Both the position numbers and the translations under genes were made by a program. From NCBI GenBank assembly GCA_019114085.1, contig DXGE01000024.1:4227-68226 (forward strand): a DNA stretch of 64,000 nt, read 5' to 3'. The notes beneath the pieces are model-generated. The model had not been told where the DNA came from, did not search any database, and was given only the letters and a program-made list of their open reading frames with translations. Of this stretch, positions 57,495 to 64,000 are shown piece after piece; the stretch's first letter is position 1, and every line of letters begins with the position of its first letter. This DNA is from Candidatus Eubacterium faecipullorum. GTDB taxonomy: Bacteria; Bacillota; Clostridia; Oscillospirales; Acutalibacteraceae.

Positions 57495-58121
57495 ATGGCA
57501 AGATATACAGGACCTGCCTGCAAGCTTTGCCGCCGCGAGGGCAAAAAGCTCTTCCTTAAGGGTGACAGATGCTATACAGGTAAATGTGCGATTGAGCGTC
57601 GTTCCTACGCGCCCGGCCAGCACGGTCAGAATCGTAAAAAAACTTCGGAATACGGCATGCAGCTTCGCGCAAAGCAGAGCGCGCGCCGCTACTACGGCCT
57701 TTCCGAAAGTCAGTTCCACAAATATTTCCTTATGGCTGAAAGAAAAGACGGTGTTACCGGTACAAATCTTCTTCAGCTTTGTGAAAGCCGCTTAGACAAT
57801 ATTGTTTACGAGAGCGGTTTTGCAAGCTCCAGAGCGCAGGCTCGCCAGCTTGTAAACCATGCTCACTTCGCTGTAAACGGGCATAAGGTTGATATTCCTT
57901 CCTATCTCGTGTCAGCTGGTGATGTTGTTTCCGTAAGGGATAACAGCAAATCCTCAGATGAGTTCAAGAATCTTGTTGAAAGCAACGGCTCACGTCCCGT
58001 TCCGCAGTGGATGGAGGCAGATAAAGAGGCTATGCAGGTAAAGGTTCTCAGAGCGCCGGAAAGAGAAGAGATCATGACGCCCGTTGAGGAGCACCTCATC
58101 GTAGAGTTCTATTCTAAATAA
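57495..58121 (+). CDS. rpsD: 30S ribosomal protein S4
   Basis: The S4 sequence is recognisable ([16 protein letters not shown]). Confidence 0.97.
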   Translation: MARYTGPACKLCRREGKKLFLKGDRCYTGKCAIERRSYAPGQHGQNRKKTSEYGMQLRAKQSARRYYGLSESQFHKYFLMAERKDGVTGTNLLQLCESRLDNIVYESGFASSRAQARQLVNHAHFAVNGHKVDIPSYLVSAGDVVSVRDNSKSSDEFKNLVESNGSRPVPQWMEADKEAMQVKVLRAPEREEIMTPVEEHLIVEFYSK

Positions 58122-58172
58122 TAGTTGATCATTTCTGTTGTTTAGAACAAATATTTTTTAGGAGGCTTTTAA

Positions 58173-59129
58173 ATGATTGAAATTGATAAGCCGAATATCG
58201 AGATAGTAGAGTTATCTACTCAGGGAAGCAGAAGCGTTGGCAGATTTGTTGTTGAGCCGCTTGAAAGGGGCTTCGGCACCACCCTCGGAAACAGTATGAG
58301 AAGAGTTCTTCTTTCCTCTCTTCCGGGCTACGCCGTAACTTCCGTTAAGATTGATGGTGTATTGCACGAGTTCTCTACCATTCCCCACGTTAGGGAGGAT
58401 GTTACGGAGATCGTTTTGAACCTTAAAAACATTGTTCTCAAGATCCACGATGAGGGCCAGAAAACGCTTTATATCAAAGCCAGCGGAGAGGGTGAAATCA
58501 CCGCAGGCGATATAGAGCACGGCTCTGATGTTGAGATCCTGAACCCGGATCTTCATATTGCTTATCTTGATGAGGGCGCAGATGTGATCATGGAGCTTAC
58601 CGCCAACAGCGGCAGAGGCTATGTTCCCTGTGACCGCAATAAGCAGCTTATGGATCTGCCCATCGGCACCATCGCAATAGATTCTATCTATACCCCCGTC
58701 CTTAAGGTAAACTACACGGTTGAAAATACCCGTGTAGGCCAGCAGACGGATCTTGATAAGCTCGTTCTTGATGTTGAAACGGACGGCACGATCCCGGCAG
58801 ACGAAGCCGCTTCACTTGCCGCCAAGATCCTTAACGATCATCTGAAGCTCTTTGTTGATCTTTCGGAAGAGGTCGGCAATCAGGAGATCATGGTTGAAAA
58901 GGACGAGGACGGCAAAGAGAAAGTTCTTGAAATGACCATTGAAGAGCTTGATCTTTCGGTTCGTTCGTTCAACTGCCTCAAGAGAGCGGGCATCAATACA
59001 GTAGAAGATTTGATCGCAAAATCTGAAGAAGATATGATGAAAGTCAGAAACCTTGGGCGCAAGAGCCTTGATGAAGTTGTGCAGAAGCTTGCATCTCTCG
59101 GCTTTTCGCTCAGTCATGATGACGACTAA
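58173..59129 (+). CDS. rpoA: DNA-directed RNA polymerase subunit alpha
   Basis: The 318-aa product has recognisable NTD and CTD sequence. Confidence 0.97.
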   Translation: MIEIDKPNIEIVELSTQGSRSVGRFVVEPLERGFGTTLGNSMRRVLLSSLPGYAVTSVKIDGVLHEFSTIPHVREDVTEIVLNLKNIVLKIHDEGQKTLYIKASGEGEITAGDIEHGSDVEILNPDLHIAYLDEGADVIMELTANSGRGYVPCDRNKQLMDLPIGTIAIDSIYTPVLKVNYTVENTRVGQQTDLDKLVLDVETDGTIPADEAASLAAKILNDHLKLFVDLSEEVGNQEIMVEKDEDGKEKVLEMTIEELDLSVRSFNCLKRAGINTVEDLIAKSEEDMMKVRNLGRKSLDEVVQKLASLGFSLSHDDD

Positions 59130-59143
59130 AGGAGGGAATTTCT

Positions 59144-59485
59144 ATGCCAGGTACCAGAAAATTGGGCAGACCTACTGATCACAGAAGGGCTATGCTCAGA
59201 GGAATGGTAACTCACCTTTTGGAAAACGGCAGGATCGAGACCACCGTTACCAGAGCTAAAGAAGTTCGTGCCATGACCGAGAAGATGATTACTTTCGGCA
59301 AGGAAAACACACTCGCGTCAAGAAGACGTGTTCTTGCTTATGTAACGAAGGAAGACGTTGTTAAGAAGCTTTTTGACGAGATTGCACCTAAGTATGAGGA
59401 CAGAAACGGCGGCTACTGCCGTATTATCAAAACAGGTCCTCGCCGCGGAGACGCTGCGGAGATGTGTTTCATCGAGCTTGTATAA
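59144..59485 (+). CDS. rplQ: 50S ribosomal protein L17
   Basis: The L17 sequence is recognisable. It is the last gene of the alpha operon. Confidence 0.97.
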   Translation: MPGTRKLGRPTDHRRAMLRGMVTHLLENGRIETTVTRAKEVRAMTEKMITFGKENTLASRRRVLAYVTKEDVVKKLFDEIAPKYEDRNGGYCRIIKTGPRRGDAAEMCFIELV

Positions 59486-59492
59486 ATAATTA

Positions 59493-59525
59493 AAGGAGCG
59501 TTCACTCGAACGCTCCTTTTTCTTC
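59493..59525 (+). terminator. intrinsic terminator after rplQ
   Basis: AGGAGCG-TTCACTCGAA-CGCTCCT is followed by TTTTTCTTCTTTT. Confidence 0.85.
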
Positions 59526-59564
59526 TTTTAATACCCCTATCGAAGCCCCGGAAAGCCTTAGTTA

Positions 59565-59731
59565 GGTTCCCACATCGGGGTCCCCGAAAAGCCGCAAGGC
59601 TTTTTGGGGAAAGGAGAATTTGACGAAGCAGTTCAGAAACGGCGATTGCAGGGATTTAAAACAGCCGTTTCGACTGGTGTGAAGTCAAATTCAACGCGGG
59701 GAGCTGGCAGCTTCGCTGCCTGAGGGGTTGT
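59565..59731 (+). repeat. structured intergenic repeat element, family 1, copy 2
   Basis: It aligns with 6695-6860 and has the same helices with wobble-compatible differences. Confidence 0.8.
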
Positions 59732-59904
59732 AGAAATGCAGCGTTGTTTTAACAAAAACGTCCTGCAACAATCCCTCCGTCATTGCTTACGCAATGCCAC
59801 CGGCTGCGCTACCCTTTTGTCGCTGCGCAACATTTCCCCTGGCAGGGGAATCTTCTTTGCACAAGGGAGGCTTAATTGTAGCCATAACGCTGTTGATAGA
59901 AACG

Positions 59905-59952
59905 GCTCCCCTGTGCAAGGGGAGCTGTCAACGGAGTTGACTGAGGGGTTGT
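59905..59952 (+). repeat. family 1 minimal module (closing stem plus terminal hairpin only)
   Basis: GCUCCCC-UGUGCAA-GGGGAGC-U-GUCAAC-GGA-GUUGAC-UGAGGGGUUGU. Confidence 0.7.
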
Positions 59953-59968
59953 TATACAAAATTACTAA

Positions 59969-60000
59969 ACAAAAAAGAGCAGCCTTTTTCAAGACTGCTC
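59969..60000 (-). terminator. intrinsic terminator on the minus strand
   Basis: The minus strand reads GAGCAG, a 12-nt loop, CTGCTC, then T7. Confidence 0.6.
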
Positions 60001-60321
60001 ATCAAGGTATACTTCTTAGTTGTTTTTGACTTGGAAGATTACCACTCAACTGTCCAATCAATTTATCGGCATGTCATCTCGCCACGCTGACGGCAATGCT
60101 TTAACTTATTTTATAATCAATATTCGTCAGGACCGCCCATTTGTCCATACAGGAAATAAACCTTCAAACATTTTTCTCCTGTCCAGCTGTTTGTGGTCTG
60201 TTCCACATATACGTTATAGCCATTTCTGGTAGTTCCATTATACCACCAAAGAGAATCTTGAATTCCTTGTTTTATATCACTTACTGAATCATCCAAATAA
60301 ATCTCTTTTTTTATTTATCTA

Positions 60322-60350
60322 TTGAAAAAAAGGCGTTTATCATGTAAAAT
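60322..60350 (+). promoter_or_regulatory. sigma-A-like promoter for the pur operon
   Basis: TTGAAA, a 17-nt spacer, then TAAAAT, 28 nt upstream of the purE ATG. Confidence 0.55.
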
Positions 60351-60377
60351 AATACATTATAAAAGGAGGAACGGCTC

Positions 60378-60875
60378 ATGAAGAAGGTTGCTATCATTAT
60401 GGGGTCGGACAGCGATCTGCCCGTAGTTACCCCGGCGATTACACAGCTTAAAGAACTTGATATAGAAACAGAAGTAAGGGTCATGAGCGCCCACAGAACA
60501 CCCAAACAGGCGCAGGAATTTTCTGAAAGCGCGGCAGATAACGGCTTCGGCGTGATCATTGCGGCAGCAGGAATGGCTGCGCATCTCGGCGGCGTGCTTG
60601 CGGCAAGCACTACCTTGCCCGTCATCGGTATTCCTTGCTCCGCCAAGGTGCTGGACGGTATGGACGCCATGCTCGCTACGGTCATGATGCCGCCGGGGAT
60701 CCCGGTTGCAACGGTCGGCGTGAACGCGGCAAAAAATGCGGCGCTGCTTGCGGCGGAGATCCTTGCCGTTGGCGATGACGCACTTGCCGCAAAATTAAAG
60801 GCAATGCGCGCCGATATGGCACAGGCGGTTATTGAAAAAGACAAGGCTTTACAGGAAAAATTAAAAGAGATCTAA
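60378..60875 (+). CDS. purE: PurE (N5-CAIR mutase or class II AIR carboxylase)
   Basis: It contains VAIIMGSDSDLPV...RVMSAHRTP...AGMAAHLGGV. An AAAGGAGGA RBS is present. Confidence 0.95.
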   Translation: MKKVAIIMGSDSDLPVVTPAITQLKELDIETEVRVMSAHRTPKQAQEFSESAADNGFGVIIAAAGMAAHLGGVLAASTTLPVIGIPCSAKVLDGMDAMLATVMMPPGIPVATVGVNAAKNAALLAAEILAVGDDALAAKLKAMRADMAQAVIEKDKALQEKLKEI

Positions 60876-60894
60876 ACAGGGAAAGGCTAAGATT

Positions 60895-61932
60895 ATGCAG
60901 AAAAGCTTCAGCAACAGCTATGCTGCCGCCGGCGTGGACGTTACGGCGGGTTATGAGTCCGTAGAACTCATAAAATCACATGTTAAGAAAACGGAAATCC
61001 CCGGCGTGATCGGCTCAATCGGCGGCTTCGGCGGTATGTTTGAGCTTGGCGCGGCGGATTATATGAACCCCGTGCTGGTCAGCGGCACGGACGGCGTCGG
61101 CACAAAGCTTAAACTCGCGTTCCTTATGGATAAGCACGATACCATCGGTATAGACTGCGTTGCCATGTGCGTGAACGATGTTGCGTGCAGCGGTGCCAAA
61201 CCGCTCTTTTTCCTTGATTATATCGCCTGCGGCAAAAACTATCCCGAAAAGATAGAGCAGATCGTCAAGGGCGTGGCGGACGGCTGCGTGCAGGCAGGCT
61301 GTGCGCTCGTCGGCGGCGAGACTGCCGAGCATCCCGGCCTGATGCCGGATGAGGAATACGACCTTGCCGGCTTCACAGTAGGCATCGGTGAAAAGGATAA
61401 GCTCGTATCCGGCGATAAACTGAAAGCCGGCGACGCGCTGATCGGCGTTGCGTCATCAGGCGTGCATTCAAACGGCTTTTCGCTTGTAAGAAAAGTGTTT
61501 GACATCAGTGAAAAGACCATAGGCAAAAAATATGACGAGCTTGATAAGCCCCTCGGCGAGGAGCTTTTAACGCCGACAAGGATCTATGTAAAACCGCTCT
61601 TGAAGCTGATGGAAAGCGTGCAGGTCAACGCGATTTCCCATATCACGGGCGGCGGTTTTTACGAAAATGTGCCGCGTATGCTGAAAGACGGCTTTACCGC
61701 GGTTATAGAAAAAGACAAATGCTTTAAAAGACCGATATTTGATCTGATTCAGAAGATAGGCGCTATCCCGGAAAGGGATATGTATAATACATTTAATATG
61801 GGCACCGGTCTTGTGATTGCCGTTGACGCGGATAAAGCCGATGAGGCTGTTGCCGTTTTAAATGCCTGCGGCGAGCAGACGGCGGTGATCGGCGAGATCA
61901 AAGCGGGCGAAACGGGTGTTGAGCTATGCTGA
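60895..61932 (+). CDS. purM: phosphoribosylformylglycinamidine cyclo-ligase (AIR synthetase)
   Basis: It contains YAAAGVDV...SGTDGVGTK...GGETAE. Confidence 0.95.
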   Translation: MQKSFSNSYAAAGVDVTAGYESVELIKSHVKKTEIPGVIGSIGGFGGMFELGAADYMNPVLVSGTDGVGTKLKLAFLMDKHDTIGIDCVAMCVNDVACSGAKPLFFLDYIACGKNYPEKIEQIVKGVADGCVQAGCALVGGETAEHPGLMPDEEYDLAGFTVGIGEKDKLVSGDKLKAGDALIGVASSGVHSNGFSLVRKVFDISEKTIGKKYDELDKPLGEELLTPTRIYVKPLLKLMESVQVNAISHITGGGFYENVPRMLKDGFTAVIEKDKCFKRPIFDLIQKIGAIPERDMYNTFNMGTGLVIAVDADKADEAVAVLNACGEQTAVIGEIKAGETGVELC

Positions 61933-62549
61933 ATATAGCTGTGCTCGTTTCCGGCGGCGGCACCAATCTTCAGGCGCTGATCGACGCGGAGAAAAGGGGA
62001 GAGATCCAAAACGGCTCCATCACCTGCGTGATCTCTTCAAAGCCCGGCGTGTATGCGCTTGAGCGCGCGAAAAAAAACGGCATAGATACCGTGGTCATCG
62101 CGCGTGCCGATTACCCGGATATCCGTTCCTACACCGCTGCCGTCACAAAGGAACTTCGGGCGCGCCATGCGGATCTTGTAGTCTATGCCGGGTTTATGAC
62201 GATCCTTGACGAACAGATCGTAAAAGCATTTCCCGGGAAAATGATGAACGTTCACCCGGCGCTTATTCCGTCTTTCTGCGGCAAGGGCTATTACGGTCTG
62301 CACGTGCATGAGGCGGCGCTGGAAAAAGGCGTCAAGCTTACCGGCGCAACCGTTCATTTTGTTACCGAGGAGTGCGACGGCGGCCCCATCATTCTGCAAA
62401 AGGCGGTTCCCGTTTTAAACGGCGATACGCCGGAGATCCTGCAAAAAAGAGTTATGCAGGAATGTGAATGGAAAATACTTCCCGAGGCGGTCTCTCTTTT
62501 TTGCCAGGGACGCATAAAAATAATCGGAAATAAAACAGAAATTATTTAA
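61926..62549 (+). CDS. purN: phosphoribosylglycinamide formyltransferase
   Basis: It contains IAVLVSGGGTNLQALID...NVHPALIPSFCG. Confidence 0.95.
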   Translation: MLNIAVLVSGGGTNLQALIDAEKRGEIQNGSITCVISSKPGVYALERAKKNGIDTVVIARADYPDIRSYTAAVTKELRARHADLVVYAGFMTILDEQIVKAFPGKMMNVHPALIPSFCGKGYYGLHVHEAALEKGVKLTGATVHFVTEECDGGPIILQKAVPVLNGDTPEILQKRVMQECEWKILPEAVSLFCQGRIKIIGNKTEII

Positions 62550-62558
62550 GGTGAGAAT

Positions 62559-63263
62559 ATGGAAATTAAAGATCTTGCACAACTTCTTACAAATAATTCC
62601 TACCCCGGCAGGGGCATCGTTTTGGGGCGGACTCCGAACGGCAGGTGCGCTGTTATCGCGTATTTCATTATGGGCAGAAGTGAAAACAGCCGCAACAGAA
62701 TCTTTGAGGAAAATGACCGCGGCGGTATCCGCACCAAGGCTTTTGACGAATCCAAAATGACGGATCCCAGCCTGATCATCTACAATCCCGTCCTTAAGCT
62801 GGACGGCAAAACGATCGTTACAAACGGCGATCAGACTGATACCATCTATGATTATATGAAAGACGGGCATTGCTACCGCCATGCGCTGCTCACACGTGAA
62901 TTTGAGCCGGACGCACCCAATTATACGCCCAGAATATCCGGCGTGGTCAAGCCGAACGGAGATTATGTGCTGTCCATACTCAAATCCAATATGGGCAAGC
63001 CGCAGTGCCTGCGTTTCTTTTTTGAATACCCGTCTGAAGCAGGGCTTGCGCATTTTATCCATACGTATAAGTGCGACGGCGATCCTATCCCGTCCTTTGA
63101 GGGCGAGCCGGTACCCGTTCGCGTAGATACGGATGATATTGATGCGTTCACTTCTTCTGTTTGGGATCATCTCAATGCAGATAATAAAGTATCCCTTTTC
63201 ACCCGCTTTATAGATCTCCAGACCAAAGCGGAGGAGACCAGGATCATCAATAAGAATGAATAA
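62559..63263 (+). CDS. purO: IMP cyclohydrolase, PurO-like (archaeal type)
   Basis: At 234 aa, the N-terminus YPGRGIVLGRTPNGRCAVIAYFIMGRSENSRNR resembles PurO-family IMP cyclohydrolases. It sits between purN and purD. Confidence 0.75.
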   Translation: MEIKDLAQLLTNNSYPGRGIVLGRTPNGRCAVIAYFIMGRSENSRNRIFEENDRGGIRTKAFDESKMTDPSLIIYNPVLKLDGKTIVTNGDQTDTIYDYMKDGHCYRHALLTREFEPDAPNYTPRISGVVKPNGDYVLSILKSNMGKPQCLRFFFEYPSEAGLAHFIHTYKCDGDPIPSFEGEPVPVRVDTDDIDAFTSSVWDHLNADNKVSLFTRFIDLQTKAEETRIINKNE

Positions 63264-63322
63264 CAATTACAAGCGAGGGGGCATTGCGACCCCCTTACTG
63301 TGTTTAGAAAGGCAGTGTAAAT

Positions 63323-64000
63323 ATGAAAGTTCTTGTAGTCGGCGGCGGCGGCCGCGAGCACGCGCTCATCAGAAAGATAAAGGAATCCCCCAAAGTTACG
63401 GAGATCGCCTGCTGCCCGGGCAACGGCGGCATTTCGTATGACGCGGCGTGTTATCCCGTTTCGGCAACGGATATTGACGGCGTTGTTGATCTTGCCAAAA
63501 AGATCAGCGCGGATTTTGTTGTTGTAGCGCCGGATGATCCGCTCGTCATGGGCATGGTGGACGCGCTGAACAATGCGGGCTTTGCCACATTCGGCCCCAA
63601 TGCCGCTGCGGCGATCATAGAAGGCTCCAAGGTGTTTTCAAAAGATCTTATGCTCAAATACAATATTCCAACAGCGCAATATAAGGTTTTTGACAACCCG
63701 GCGGACGTTATTACATATATTAAAGAGAAAAACGAATTTCCCACCGTTATCAAGGCAGACGGTCTTGCGCTCGGCAAGGGCGTTATCATCCCCGAAACGC
63801 TTGAAGAGGCTGAGGCCGGCGTCAAGGAGATCATGGAGGATAAGATATTCGGCGAAAGCGGCAATAAGGTAGTCGTAGAAGAGTATCTTACCGGGCCGGA
63901 GGTCTCCGTGCTTGCGTTTACGGACGGCAAATGCGTAAAGCCCATGGTCTCGTCCATGGATCATAAGCGCGCGCTGGACGGCGATAAGGGGCTGAATACC
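63323..64000 (+). CDS. purD: phosphoribosylamine-glycine ligase, 3' end cut by window edge
   Basis: MKVLVVGGGGREHALIRKIKESPKV... with an ATP-grasp region. The frame stays open to nt 64000. Confidence 0.93.
   Translation, partial: MKVLVVGGGGREHALIRKIKESPKVTEIACCPGNGGISYDAACYPVSATDIDGVVDLAKKISADFVVVAPDDPLVMGMVDALNNAGFATFGPNAAAAIIEGSKVFSKDLMLKYNIPTAQYKVFDNPADVITYIKEKNEFPTVIKADGLALGKGVIIPETLEEAEAGVKEIMEDKIFGESGNKVVVEEYLTGPEVSVLAFTDGKCVKPMVSSMDHKRALDGDKGLNT

Noticed and set aside
60297-60377. A purine (guanine/adenine) or ZTP riboswitch upstream of purE.
   Set aside because: The promoter -10 box is only 28 nt from the start codon, so there is no space for an aptamer and no conserved motif.
62415-63266. 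A 283-aa minus-strand ORF opposite the PurO-like gene. Similar antisense ORFs lie at 53092-53760, 35591-36262, 24380-25567 and 41578-42219.
   Set aside because: All are shadow frames of recognisable sense-strand genes in operons with good RBSs.

Overview
This is a 64-kb chromosomal segment that looks like a spore-forming Firmicute of class Clostridia. That call is an inference from gene content: a gerA-type germinant receptor operon, darA-holB-ricT, a clostridial 2x[4Fe-4S] ferredoxin, DUF421/DUF4363 and a BclA-like collagen protein. Coding density is high and most genes are recognisable.

Gene content, left to right:
- A 5'-truncated tyrosine integrase in an AT-richer left edge.
- ilvD, an orphan TagH-like ABC ATPase and yebC.
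- A glycan-utilisation patchwork: a DUF4874-like gene, GH28, nanE-nanA-GH43, GH2 beta-mannosidase and GH30.
- tRNA-Pro(GGG).
- An aldo-keto reductase, an ECF S-component plus small kinase, and Fe-ADH plus mmsA.
- queT behind a probable preQ1-I riboswitch.
- DUF4363/DUF421 divergent from a gerA/B/C operon.
- Citrate synthase, a membrane protein and an AEC transporter.
- darA-holB-ricT, ferredoxin, and the GNAT-GH30-trmO unit.
- A polar amino-acid ABC transporter.
- An esterase, a CarD-like regulator, a DtxR/MntR-like regulator, a J-domain protein, PAP2, and GT2-TPR plus a collagen-like (exosporium-type) protein.
- The complete S10-spc-alpha ribosomal cluster (44187-59485, rpsJ to rplQ, including secY, adk, map, infA and rpoA).
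- The start of a pur operon (purE, purM, purN, PurO-type IMP cyclohydrolase, purD partial).

I found no CRISPR array, rRNA, obvious defence system, toxin-antitoxin pair or prophage body.

The least explained signals are non-coding:
1. A ~166-nt structured repeat occurs in two full copies (6695-6860 and 59565-59731) plus a minimal module (59905-59952). Its substitutions preserve helices only on the + strand.
2. A 59-nt hairpin unit is duplicated exactly 100 nt apart in the leader of the amino-acid ABC operon (34309-34467), behind a GNRA/tandem-GA hairpin.
3. A ~55-nt palindromic element occurs in two inverted copies (25700-25754 and 35435-35489).
4. A ~310-nt S10-operon leader carries an internal terminator-like hairpin.

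All functional calls come from reading the sequence and translations by eye. No searches were run.
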